A DNA stretch of 64,000 bases from the human T2T-CHM13v2.0 reference genome, Homo sapiens. Both the position numbers and the translations under genes were made by a program. The notes beneath the pieces are model-generated. The model was not told where the DNA came from. It saw nothing but the letters and a program-made list of their open reading frames with translations, and ran no database searches. Position 1 is the first letter of the stretch. Every line of letters starts with the position of its first letter. Shown in pieces: positions 43,334 through 57,735 of the stretch. Location of the stretch: NCBI RefSeq assembly GCF_009914755.1, contig NC_060948.1; one strand, given 5' to 3'.

Positions 43334-46300
43334 CTATAGACAGGGAAGAAGCATAAGAGGAGAGTTACTCCACGTAGGTGCTGGGCTCTGCAATATGTAA
43401 TAATGTGTCTATTGGCAGAGTCTGGAATATGAAAGACAGCCATATCACCTAGGTTTTGCAATCAGCAGTATGTCACAAGTTTTTTGGTGAGCAGGACCCT
43501 GGCCAGGAGGAGAGTCACATGACATAAATATTTTGCCAAAGAATATTTCACAATGTTCTCTAGGGGCAGGGCACAGGCAGGAGAGATATGTTACCCAGCT
43601 TATAGGCCCAGAGATCTGTGACAATATCCCAGGTTGGCAGGGTCCAGGCAGAAGAGTCATATTATTATTATTCTAACACAGCAATATGTCACAATGCACC
43701 CATGTTAAGTTATTTCAGCAAAAAGTCTCAACACCTGGGTACCAGGCCTAAAAACATGCCAAAACCTTTGGTCTTTGAGGGTGACACCATTAACTGCGAC
43801 CTGGGTGTGTGTATGAGAGTCACAGTCTCACATTTCCCGGGCTGTTGTATGACACTCTACAACATCTGAAGGCTTTATACAGCATGCATGAGAGTTGCAA
43901 AACACTCTGAGGCCTATAGGCTCATATGGATTCACGATCATATATACTGCCCTAACCCAGGTATAATGGTCAACATCTCTGTAGGCTGGGATTAGGGATG
44001 CCTGTGAGCTGGACCCAGAAATGAGTCACCATGCCACCTGTGGCCAGATCATGCCTATAAGCTGAAGCGAAGTGTATGTCATAGTCCCATTTGTGGGCAA
44101 AAAACTTGGTTGGCAGGTAATATTGTTTAGCTGCAGTGCCAAGTAGCATGTCACAATGTCCTCTCTAGGCAGGATATAGAATTAGAGCCACATTAACTGG
44201 GTGCTGGGCTCAGCAATCTGAAACCATCCCACATGTGCAAAATCCCAGCCAAGGAATGAGAGTCAAAACACCTACATAATATGCCCAGAATATGTTAAAA
44301 CCTTCGTGGCTATGGGACAGGCATGATAGATGAAATAATGCCCTGCTGTGAAAGGACATTGTCAACGTGCTGGCCTCAGTGATATGCCATAATTCTGTCC
44401 ATTTGCTGGGCCCAGAAAAAGGAGTAACATTATCTCGAGGCTGGGCCCTGCAATAGGTCAAAAATTCTGTTTGTGTGCATGGCTCTAGAAAAAAAGTAGA
44501 GACAAATAACCTGAGTGATGAACTCAGCAATATGCCACAATCTCCCCATTGTAAAAACCAGGGAGAAAAAGAGAGTCACTTCACTTAGGTCAAAGGGCAG
44601 AGAGATATATCCCACTGTCCCCAGCAGGTAAAGCCCAGACAGAAAAGGTGAGTCATATCACCTAGGGACTTTCTTGGTTATATATCACATTCTAACATGT
44701 GGGCAGACACCAAGCAGAAGAGCCGCATCACCTGGGTACAACATCAAGCAATATGTCACCATCCCCATAAGGACAGGTTTGAAGGAAACAAAAGGGAGAA
44801 TCACAACTCCTGAGTGGCGAGCTTAGCAATATGTAATAATCCCCACTCTTGGCAGAATCCAGGATAAAGAGGAGACTCATGTCTCCTAGGTTTTGGACTC
44901 AGTGATCAGACTTTCTTCGGTGGGCAGGATCCAATCAGCAGAGGACAGTACATTTCCTAGACGCTATATCTAGCAATATGTCACAATGTCACCTGTGGGC
45001 AGGGTACTGTCAGGAGAGCCATATCAACTAACCAAGAGGCCCAGAGATACATGAAAATATACGCTGTTTGCAGGACCCATGCAGAAGCGTCATATTGTCA
45101 TGATTCTGACCCAGTGATATGTAACAATGCTCTTATGGAAAAGAATGCAAACCAAAAGTCTCAACACCAGGATACTAGGACTAGGGATATGACTCAATCT
45201 CATCTTTAAAGGTGACAGCATTAACTAGTTGTGTATATGACAGTCACGATCTCATGTATGTGCTGGCCACTGTATGACACTGTCTACAATATCTGAGAAC
45301 TGTATACACTATGCATGACAGTCTATATCTCTCCCATAGGTTGGCTTAAAGAATGAGGCCACTATTATTGCTGCGAGCTGAATCCAGAAATGAGTCATGA
45401 TTCCAACTGTGGCCAGATTGACTTATGAAAGTCACAATTCCAACTTTGTGCTTTATTCACTCATTAGACTCAGGACATCAACAATACCCTTTGCAAATGC
45501 AGGATGGTAACAACTTTTACTTTCGTCTGTGCAGTCAAGAGTCACAATCTTAATTTTTTGCTGGGCCCTGTTATAAAACTCTCTCTACCAACCAAGAAGT
45601 TTTTATGATATGAGTTGGTATTGTAAACTTCTGTGATATTTGTACAAATATGCAATAAAGGACCTTAATTATTGAAGAAAACCTAGTGGTGAGTGGCAAA
45701 ATATCTCCTATTGGCAGAATCCCAATATAAGCTTGATTATCATGGCTTTCAACTGGAGGAAGGTATATGTCATAATCTTATTTCTGGGCTAATAACAAGG
45801 CAGAAGGTTAACATCACTTAGCTGCTGGGCCAAGCTATATGTCACAATGCCCTCTCTAGGCAGGGCCTAAGGAAAAGGGTCACATTTACCAGGGGTTGGA
45901 GCCAGCAGTTTAATGCAACCACAGATGGAAGAAACCAAGCAAAGTGATGAGAGCCAAAGCACCTAGAGAATTTGCCAGAGATATTCTAAAATACTTTCTG
46001 TAACTTAGTCACAAGCAGGAGAGCCATGTCATTAGGGTGCTGGACCAAGCAATATGCCACAATTCCCTGCTTATGCATGACTTACACAGAAAAGTAGCAT
46101 CATCCAGGTGCTGGGCCCTGAAATATTGCAAAAGCCCTGTTCGTGGGCGTTGTTCAGCAAGAAGACGAGAGTCACATTACCTAAGTGCTGGGCTCATCAA
46201 TATGTCAAAATGTTCCTATTGTTAAGGCCCAGACAGAAGAAGAGAGTCACATCATTTACGTCACGGGTTCAGAGATATGGCCCAATGTCACCAGTAGACA

Positions 46301-48025
46301 AGGCTCAGGCAGAAAAAGTCATATCACCTGGATGTTTTTAAAAAGTATATGTCACAATTTAATATGTGGGCAGAAACCCTGGTGAAGAGCCACATCTTCT
46401 GTTCCAGTGTCCTGAGATACTCACAACTCAGTCCCCCTTAGAAAAGAACCGACTCCAGTTAGTTACATCGCCTAGGTTCATGTTCCACGGTTCTTTCACA
46501 GTTCTCCATGTGGGCAGGAACAAGCAGGACCAAGGACCAGGGCCAAGCCCATCACCTAAGTGATAGGCTGAGAGATATGTCACAAAAGCATGGCCCTGAC
46601 CAAAGAACACCACCACCTTTGTACCTGGCCTGGCAATATGTCACTATTCAAGTAGGCAGTTCCTGAGTAGAAGAGCCATATCACCTACATGATAGGACCT
46701 GTGATATGCCAAAATGCCCTCTTCGGTGCAAGGCCCTGGCAAAATAGTATCAACACCTGTGTTCCTGCCCTAGAAATATGTCACTATTTTGCCCCGTGTG
46801 CAGGACTCATTCCAGAGAGGAGAGTTACATCTTCTAACTGATGTACAAAGTGATATGTAACAATGATGTCTTCAGGCATGGTGCAGGCAAAATGTAAAGA
46901 CAGTTTGATGGTGGATCCAGTGATGTCACAATTCTTACTGAGAGAAGGGGTGGCTGGGCGGAAAAATCTCATCCCTTCAAGTTTTGCCCAGGTAGATATC
47001 CAAATCTCATGTAGACTGGAACCAGTCTGAAGAGTGAAATCACACAGGTGCTTGGCAAAGATTTATATCACAGTCACAATGAAATAAAAGTCTATGGATT
47101 AGACTTACAATGCCACACATATCATGTTTGCATGTAGGACAGTTGCCTTCATCCATCTGTGATGGTGAAAGTCTTTACTGCCAACTGGCTGTCCATACAA
47201 GATTCAGAATTTCCTCTCTGTGCTAGGCCCTGTTATGACACTCTCTATACAATCCAAGGGTCTTATAAAATATGTGTGAGTGTTGTAATTTTCTGTGACA
47301 TTTTTACCAGAGTTAGACCCTGGACATCACTCATGTACCTCAACCTAGTTATAAGGGTCAAAATTTCTCCTATTGGCTGAGTCTGCATATGAGAGTCAGT
47401 ATCATTCCTGTTAGCTGTGTCTAGGTATATGTCACCATCCCCTCTGTGGTTATTAGACCAGCAGGACAACCACATCACATAACTCTTCAGCCAGAAATAT
47501 TCCAATATTCTCTTTGTAGGCAGGATATAACAGAAATGTCACAAAACTTGGGTGCTGGTCTCTGTGATTTGTAAATTTTCCTGTATTGCATTGGTAAACA
47601 AGGTGTTACATATTGCTCAGGTGCTTGTTGCATGTATGTCACAATTTCCACTGTGCTCTGCACCTAGAAAGGAGAGTCAAACACTCAGATGCTGGGTAAA
47701 GTCACATTTCTCAATCACACACTCAAAAATGTTCAGAAAAATTTTCACAGTCCCGTACTAGTCGTGCCTTTGGATATAAGAGTGAACATCTCCCATGTGT
47801 TGGGTGGAAGTATAGGAGTCACAATGTCATCAGTGGGCAAGGTCCGTGTATAAAAGCCCCATTCCCACTTGAAGATTGTATTCCAGTAGGAGAGTCAAAG
47901 GACTACATGTCTGCTGAGTCATTCTTCAAACATCAAAAAAACCACCCATACTATTATTTTGGAATGTCCTGGTGACTTGTCCATGTTCAACAGTAGGGCT
48001 GTCTACCTGGCACTATGAGAGCATA

Positions 48026-48028
<3 letters not shown>

Positions 48029-48061
<33 letters not shown>

Positions 48062-48101
48062 TATATATATATACACAAACACACATAAACACATACACAC
48101 A
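48029..48101 (+). repeat. Compound microsatellite (CA)16-(TA)n-(CA)-rich
   Basis: directly visible. Confidence 0.95.
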
Positions 48102-50806
48102 GAGTAATATTTCACAACGCACCCGTGGTAAAGAATTTAAGACAGAAATCTCAACACCAGGGTACTAGGTCTGGTAATATGACACAATCTCCTCATCTTT
48201 TAGGTGACACCTTTAACTTTTAGCTTGATATGTATATTACAGTCACAACCTTACACGTGTTCTACATCATTATATGACACACTCTACAACATCCAGAGGC
48301 TTTATGCAACATGCATGAGAGTTACAAACCACTCTGAGGCCTACATGCTTATATTCACTCACAATCTTACATATTGCCTTAAACCCAGTTATGATTGCCA
48401 ACACCTCTCTAATAGGCTGGGTTCAGACAGGAGACCCATTATTATGCCTGTGATCTGGGTCCAGAAAATAGTCACCATCTCACCTATAGCAAGATCCACA
48501 TATGACAGTCAAAATTTCAACTTTGTACTTTATTTACTTATACTCAGGACTTTAACAGCTGACTTTGTAAATATGGGATGCTGAAAAGTTTTGCACTCAC
48601 CTGTATGTGTAATCAAGAGTCATGATCTTAATCTCTGGCTGGGCCCAAGCAGTTTTTAGAATATGAGTTAGCGTTGTAAGCTGCTGTGAGCTTTCTGCCA
48701 CTATGCAACTCACAACTTTAAGTATTGCCCTGCGTGGAGAGGTGATAGGCAAATGTTACTATTGGTGGAAAACAAATATAACTTTGATCATCATGCCTCT
48801 GAATTGAATCATGTAAATTTCATAATCCCATTTGTAGGAAAAAAGAAAAAACTAGCCAGGAGAGTAGCACAACGTAGGTGCTTTGCCAGGCAATATGTCA
48901 CAATGCCTTCTCTAGGTAGGGTTCTAGAAATGAGGGTTACATTAACTGGGTGCTGGACCTAGCAATATGACACAATCCACCTCCCCAAAAGAAAAAAAAA
49001 ACAGACAAATGATGAGAATAAAAACTCCTACTGGGTGTGCCCAAGAATTGTAAAAATACTTTCTGTTGCTCTGGCACAGGCAAGAGAGTTACAGCATCAG
49101 GGTTGGGGGCGGAGCCATATGCCATAATTCTCTCTTTATGCAGGACTCAGGATGAAGAGGAACATCATCTGGGTGCTGGGCCCTGCAGTAAATCAAAATT
49201 CCTTTTCCTGGACACTTTTTGGGAGAAAAAAAAAAAGAAAAGCCATATAACCTGAGTATTTGGCTTAGCAATATGTCACATCACCCCATTGTAAAGGCTC
49301 AGACAGAAGAAAAGAATTACGTCAGTTAGGATACTGGCTCAAATATATGACCCAATGTCCAAAATAAGCAAGGCTAAGGCAGAAGAGAAAAGTCATATCA
49401 CCTAGGTGCTTCCCTAGGTATATGAAAAAAATCTAACATGTGAGGTGAAGCCAGGCAGAAGAGTCACACCGCCTTGATCCTGATTCCTGAGATATGTCAC
49501 AAGTTTCACTTAGGACAAGACTCAGACAAGAGATTTACAACAAATAGGTGTAGGTTCTACCTTTATGTCACAATGCTCTTTGTGGGCCATGCTGAAGCAG
49601 GGAGTTGCGTTACCCAGGCGATAGGCACAGAGATATGTTGCAATGTTCTCCTTGAGACATGACCCTGGCAAAAGAGTACCATCACTTATATGCCTAGTGT
49701 AGTAATATGTCACTATTCAGGAAAGCAGGACCCAAGCAGGAGAGCAACATCACCTAAGTGATCAGCCCAGAGATTTGTCACAATGCATTCTTTAGGACAT
49801 GGCTCTAACAAAAGAGTACTGTCACCAGTGTGCCTGGCCCAACCATATGTCACAATCCCCAATTGTGTGCAGGGCCCATTCTAACAAGGAGAGTTACATC
49901 ACCTAAGTAGTTGACACAGTGATATGTCACAATAATCTCTGTGGGCATGGCTAAGGCAAAAATTTAACATGACCAAGGTGCTGGATCTAGTAATATGTCA
50001 CGATTCTTACTGAGAGCAGGACCCAGGCAGTAACATATCACTTGTATCAGTATCATGTAGAGGTAGGCCCAGGTAGATACCGCAATAAGATATGCGGGCT
50101 AGAACCATTATGGTGGATTAAATCACACAGATGTTTGGTGAAGATTTGTATCACAATAACACTAGCAGAAAATTCCCAGGATGAGATTTACAATATTGCA
50201 CATGTCCCATTTTCATGAGTGACAGTTAGCTTCATATATGTGAGATGTTGATAGTACTTACTGTCAGCTGGGTGTGCATTTGAGACTCACAGTTTCATCT
50301 TTCTGCTGGTTTCTGTTATGACACACTCGGTACAAGCCAAAGGCTTTAAAAAATATGTGAGGCTGTTATAATTTTCTTTGACCTTGTTTTTTTACCAGAT
50401 AGGGATTTAATTACTCGTGTCTCTAAAGAAATTTATGAGAGTTAAAATTCTATTTGTGGGATCCACATAAGACAGTCATTATCATGCCTATGAGCTGTGC
50501 TTGGGTATATATCACAACTTAGTCTGTGTTAATGAAACAGGCATGACAGCCAAGGCACCTAAATACTGAGCCAGAAAATTTCCAATATTCTCCTTACAGG
50601 CATGCTCCAGGCAGAAAAGTTGCATAACTTGGGGGTTACATCAAGATGTATAACACAATACACCTTATGGGCTGTGTCCAGGTAGAAGAGGAGACTTGTA
50701 TCACCTAAACAATAGGCCCAGAGATATCTTACAAAGTCTCCTTTTGCAAGGATCAGGCAAGAGAGTCACGTAATTTGGATGTAGTGCTTAGAAATGCTAT
50801 AGTCCC

Positions 50807-51117
<311 letters not shown>

Positions 51118-54100
51118 AGAAATGCTACAATCTCTAGTGGAAGCAGGGTCCAGGTAAGAGAGGAGTGTCAGGTAACTAGATCATGGGTCCAGAAATATGT
51201 TACAATCCTTCTGGAAGATATTGTTAAAACAGGAGAGTCAAATCATCATGGTGATAAGTTGAAGTACACATCCAAATCTCATTTGCGGGCTACAACTAGG
51301 CAGGAGTATTAAATCACTCAGGAGCTGGGCAAAGGTATATGTCACAATAACACTGGTGGAACATTCCAGGAATGGGAGTCTCTGTCTTGCATATGACCTG
51401 GATCCAGGTTTAACAGTCATGATTAGTCCTCTTAAGTAGTCTTAGGTATATGACACAATATCACCTGTGGGCAGAGAGCAAGCAGAAAGGTCACATCATC
51501 TGGATGGGTGCTGGTCCAGTGAGATGCCACAATCTTCCTTGTGGGCAGGACACTGGAAGAAGACTCACATCACCTGGAGGCTGGTTTTAGTGATATATCA
51601 AAAGTCCCCCTGTGAGGAAATCTTAGGAGTGTGAGGACACTCCCTTTACCTAAGCAATTGGCCTAGATATATGTCACAATGTTCACTATCTGCAGAACCA
51701 CGGTATGAAAGTGACCTCACTTCGGCGCTGGGTTTAGTAATATGTCACAATCTCCCCTCTGGTCACGGCAAGACAAAAGAGAAAAACATTATCTAGGTGT
51801 GAACCAAGTGATATGTTATGAAGCTTCCTGTTGGCAGAACCCAAAACAGAGAGTCACATCACCTGGGTGCAGTACCCAGTTATGTGTCACAATGCCCTGT
51901 AACAGCAGGGCCAAGGCAGTAGAAGGGAGTCTCATCACTTATATGATGGACCTAAATCTAAGTCACAATGACTTTTATAGGCAGGAAAAAGACAAAGAAT
52001 TGACATCACCTTGATGCTGGTCCCCGTGATATGTTTAATTACCCTTGGTAGGCAGGCCCAGGCACCTCTGCTTAGGTGTATGGTCCACCTACGTCACAAT
52101 TTTATCTGCCGTCATGGCCTAAAAAGGAGAGTCAAATTATTCAGGAGCCGGGCTAATTTTTATGTCCTAATCACACGCTGGGAAATATTCAGAAATAAGT
52201 TTCACAGCCCTTCACAAGTCCTGGCTTTGTGCACATGGGTCAACACCTCCTGTGCAAGGGGTCAAAGCAGAGGAGTTACAGACTCAACAATGGGCAGGAT
52301 CCATGCATAAATTGCCCAGTTCTACTCGAAGATTGTGTTCCAGTATGAAAGTCACAGCCTCACAGTTGGGCTGAATACTGCATCACCAAACCACCCACGG
52401 GGTTAAACCATGTACGAGAGGAACAATTTCAACCTTCGACTACTCTGTTGTGTGAAACTTAGTACCTTATTTGTAGGCCACGTTCTTGTATGAAAGTGAC
52501 AATCAAGTTAGCTGGGTGTGCATCCATGATTCACAATCACACCTGGTTGCTGTTCCCTGTTATGACACTCTTTGTACCACTGAGGCTTTATATGATATGC
52601 CCGAGGGTCATATCCTCTGTGAACAAATAGGAGACCCATTATTTTACTTATGGAAATAAGACTGGCTATGAGAGTCAAAATCTCTCTCCTTTCTGGGTCC
52701 AGGTATGATGATTATAATTGTGCATGTGAGATGATTCCAGGTATATGTCACAATTTCACCTGTGGGCAGAAACAAGGAAGAAGTCTCACAACATTGATGC
52801 AAGCCCATGATACATTATCTACTCTTTTGCTTGCAGGTCCAAGTCAGAAGAGTCACATCACCTGGGTACAGCCTCAAGTAATATGGCACCATGTCCACTG
52901 TAGACAGGGTTGAAAAAAACAAAACAGGAGACTCACAACACCTAGGTGTTAGGCTCAGCAATATGTAATAATCCCCTCTTTTGACAAACTCCAGAAAATA
53001 AAGAGGAAAGTTGCATTACCTAGGTTTTGCACTCAGTGGCATGTCACAATTCCTTTAGTAGGAAGGACCTAGACAGGAGAGAAGAGACGTATTTCCTAGC
53101 TGCTACGTTCAACAATGTCACAATGTTTCTTTGGGGCAAAGCACAAGAAAAAAAGACAAATCCCTTAACATTTAGGCTCACAAATATGTGATGATATGTC
53201 TTGTTGCAGGGCCAGGGCAAAAGGTGTCACATTATTATGATTCTGACACAATATGTCACAACACATACACGAGAAACAATTTAAGCAAAAGTTTTAACAC
53301 CTGGTTACTAGGCCCAGTGATATGACACAGGACACTCGTTGGCAGGACACTCGAAGAAGACTCACATCACCTGGATGCTGCTCATCTTTGAGGATGGTAC
53401 CTTTAAGTGTAAGCTTGGTGTGTATATGAGTCACAATGTCATGTGTGTGCTGGGCCATTATATAGAACCCTCTGCAACATCCGAGGGATGTATATGGCAT
53501 GTATGAGAGTTGCAAACTTCTCTGAGGCCCACATGCTCATATGGACTCCCAGTGTTATGTATTGCCCTAAACCCAGGTATGATAGTCAACATCTCTCATT
53601 TAGGCTGAGTTCAGGAATGAGACCTATTTTTATTTCTATGAGCTGGGACCAAAAATGAGTCATAATCGCACCATTGGCTAGACCCACATGTGAGTGTCAT
53701 GATTCCCACTTTGTACTGTTTTTCTTTGTTAGACTTAGTACCTTAACAGTGGGCTTTGTAAATGTGTGCTTGTGACAATATTTACTTCCACCTGGCTGTG
53801 TAATTTAGAGTCACAATCTTAATTTTTTTATGTTTCTTGTTATAAAACTCTCTGTACCACCAAAGGAGTTTATACAATATGAATTAGTGTTGTAAACCTC
53901 TGTGAGCATTGTACAAACAGAAAACCCATTTTACCTATTTCCATAAGCCTAGCAATGAGTGGAAAAATATCTTCTATTGACTGAGCCCTAATATAAGTTT
54001 GACCATCATGCCTGTGAACTGAAGCAAGATTTATGTCATAATCTCATTTATTTGTCAACAATTAGGAAAAAGAATAATATCACTTAGATGATACGGCAAC

Positions 54101-55780
54101 AAATGCCACAATGCCCTTTTTAGGCAGAATCTAGGAAGAAGGGTCACATTACCTGGACCCAGCAATGTGACACAATTCCACATGTGGAAAAGTTTAGCCA
54201 TGGGATGAGAGCCAAAACACGTGTACAATGAGTCAAAGGTATGTCGAAATACTCTCTGAGGCTACTGGCATGCAGGTAGGACAGTAGCATCTTCAGGGTG
54301 CTGGGCCCACTCATATGTAATAATTTCCTCTTTATTCAGAACTCTGACAAAACTGTAACATCATCTGGGTGCAATATGTCAAAATTTCCCTTTGCGGGCA
54401 TGGTTCAGAAAAAAAGAGTAGAGTCACATCAGTTAAACTCTAGGCTCAGCAATATGCCACAATCCCACCATTTTAAAGGCCCAGGCAGGGGAAGAGAATC
54501 ATATCACTTAGGTCATGTGCTCAGAGATATGTCCCAATGTCCTCAGTAGGCAGGACTCAGGGAGAAAGGGAGAGTCATATCACCTATGTGCTTTTATAGG
54601 TATATGTCACAATCTAACACGTGGGAAGATACCAGGAAGAAGAGCCACATCACCTGGGTCCTGAGATATGTTACAAAGCTTCCTTAGGAAAACACCAAGG
54701 CAAAAGAGTTAAATCAACTTGCTGCAGGTTTAACTTTTATGTCACAATGCTCTGTGTGGGTGAGGCCCAAGCCTCAAGTCACATAATCTAGGTGACAGTC
54801 ACGGAGATATGTTACAATGCCCTCCTTGACACATAGCCCTGGTGAAAAAGAACCATCACCTGTTTGCTTGGCCTAGAAATATGTCACCACCAACCCTTCT
54901 GTTCAGGACCTATTCTAGAGAGGAGAGTTACATCACCTAATTGGTGGAGACAGTCATATATCACAGCAATGTCTGTGGCCAAGGCTCAGGCAAGAATGTA
55001 ACGTCACCTGGGTTTTTGATCCAGTGATATGTCACAATCCTTAATGAGACAAGTGCCAAGGCAGGAGAGTCACATCATTTATATGTTGGTCCAGGTAGAG
55101 ATCACAATCCCATATATGAGCTGGAACCAGTCTGGAGAGTCAAATCACAGATGCTCAGCAAATATTTTTATCACAATCACAATGGCAGAATATTCCAGAG
55201 ATGAGACTTACAATACCATACATGTCCTGTTTTCATGAGTGACAGTTGGCTTCATGTATGTGAGATGTGACAGTCCTTACTGTCAGCTGGGTGTGCATAT
55301 GAGACTCACAATTTCACCTTTCTGTTGGGTTCTCTTATGACACTCTGTGCAAGTCATGGGCTTTATAAAATATCTGAGCCTGTTATAATCTTCAGTGACC
55401 TCTTTACCAGAAAGAGATCTAAGAAATGACTCATGTTTCTAAAGCAAGTTACAAGAGTCAAAATTATTCTTATCTGTAGGATCCACATGTGAGAGTCAGT
55501 ATCATGCCTGTGAGCTGTGCCTAGGTATATGTCAAAATTTACTCTGTGGTAATGAAACAGACATGACAGACTTGTCACCTAAATGCTGAGCCAGAAGTTT
55601 TCCAATATTCTCCTTCTAGACAAGTTTCTGGCAGAAAAGTTGCATAACTGCGAGGCTACAGCAAACTCTATGGCATAATGCCCCTCGTGGGCAGTGTTCA
55701 GGCAGTAGAGGAAGTTGTATCACCTAAATGATAGGCCCTGAGATATGTCACAATGCCTCCTGTTGAAAGGGTCAGAAATG

Positions 55781-57335
55781 TATCATTTCCAATTATACTC
55801 ATTTTTACTGCAGTGATTTGGTGTCTTATTTTGGCTTTGATTTGCAGTTTTCTAATAATTAATAATGCTGAGCATCATTGTATGTAATTGGCCATTCGTA
55901 TGTCTTCTTTGAGGAAATGTCAGTTAAGGTATCTTGCCTATTACTAAATAGTGTGTTATTATTGCTCTTAAAATTGTTATGTATTCGTATGTTTATCTCT
56001 TGTCATATGTATATTTTGCAGATATAGTCTCCCACAGTGTAAGCTGTCTCTTCACTCTGTAAATTTATTTTTACTATTTTTTTTTTTTTTTTTTTAGATT
56101 CTGGTAATTTTACTTGTCTGCTTTTGCTTTTGTTGCCTGTGCTTCTGGGGTCTTATTTAAAAATTTTTTCTGTCCTATCTGATTAAGAATTTCTATATGT
56201 TTTATGGAAATTGTTTTATAAGTTTGAGTTTTACATTTTAATCTTCTATTTATTTTTAATTAAGTTTTTAAAATATGGTAACAGGTAGGCATCTAGTTGT
56301 ATTACTTTGTATTTAAGAAATTAATTTTACAGCACCATTTATTGATGAGGTTGACTTTTCTTAAATATGTCTCTTAAATACCTTAAAAATTATTTGGCTC
56401 TAGGCTTATTAATTTATTACTAGAATCAATGGATACTTTGTTCTATCTGTCTGTTTCATATGCCGGTATCACTCTGTTTGCTTGTTATAGCTTTGCAGTA
56501 TATTTAGAAGTCGGGTAATTTGATGCTTTCAGCTTTGTTCTTTTTTGCTAGATGACTTTGGCTATTTGGGGAGTTTCTTTTGTTCACTATAGATTTTAGG
56601 CCTGTTTTTTTCCATTTCTGTGAAAAAATGTCATTGGTATTTTTATTGAGTTTGCATTGAATCTGTTGATTACCTTGAGTAGCATAGTCATTTTAGCAAT
56701 ATTTTTTATAACTCATGAACAAAAAATATTTCTCATGTTTTTCATATTTTTTAGTTTTTTAATTAATGTTTTATAATTTATAGTGTAGACAGTGTTTATC
56801 TTTTTAATTAAGTTTACTGCTAGGCACTTTATTTTTTATTTTAGATGCAGAAAAATTATTTTGAAAAATTTAGCATGTTTTGTGATTAAAACAAGTGAAC
56901 AAGTTAGGTACAGATGGTATGTAACACAACACAGTTAAGGCAAAATATGACAAATCAATACCTGATAAGACACTGAACATTAAAAGGTGAAGGCTTTTTA
57001 CTTAAGACCTAGAAGAAGACAGTGATGTCTACTTTTACCACTTTTATTCAACAGAGTACTGGAGGTCTTAGCAAGATTATTTATGCAAGAGAAAGAAATA
57101 AAAGACATCCAAATAAAAAGGAAGAAAGTCAAATTATCTGTTTGCAGATCTCTTAACTGTTTGTATAGCAAAACTTAAATACTACACTAAAAATCTTGAG
57201 AATTGATAAAGAAATTCAGTTAAGTAGCAGAATACCAAATTCACTTTAAAAACTTAGTAGGAGCATATTTTCATGCCAAGAAAAAGCCATCTGAAAAAGA
57301 AATTCAAGAAAAAAATTTACAACAACTATAAAGTG
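55781..57335 (-). mobile_element. Old L1 (L1MA-like) ORF2 3' part, with inverted 5' segment (56842-57335 on +)
   Basis: minus-strand motifs ttggccattcgtatgtcttctttgag, cagcaccatttattga, gcattgaatctgt; plus-strand tagatgcagaaaaa...aagtcaaattatctgtttgcagat. Confidence 0.8.
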
Positions 57336-57339
57336 TCTT

Positions 57340-57735
57340 ACTTCATTTCAGCCTGATGGCTGAAAAATTGGACTGCTGGTTTCAAATGAAGCCAGCCATT
57401 TTCTGACGGCTTCTTTCTGAATAATGCCTACCTGTGCAATGGGAAAAGGAGGTGGAGCCACTGAAATTCACACCTTTTGGCAGGAGAGGAACCTGGATTC
57501 TTAAGTTGCTATGTTGTGACCTGGTGTTCCTCAATCTGTGAGGTCAGGGCCAGATAACACGAGTGCTTCCCACTCTGCTGACACTTTGTTGTTGATGTTG
57601 TTGTTGTTGTTTTCTTTTTCCTTTTGGCCCAATAAACTTTACTCCTAACCCTTCAGTGTATTCATTAGACTCTTCCTTCATAATCATGTGAGAAGATCCT
57701 TGTTTTAGCTTAACTAAGGAGAAAGTTCTATAACA
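57340..57735 (+). mobile_element. ERV1 MER4-group LTR (MER50/MER83/MER84-like), 5'-truncated
   Basis: aataaa then ...ttagcttaactaaggagaaagttctataaca; followed by PBS-like cggtgtctagatgtggggc. Confidence 0.7.
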
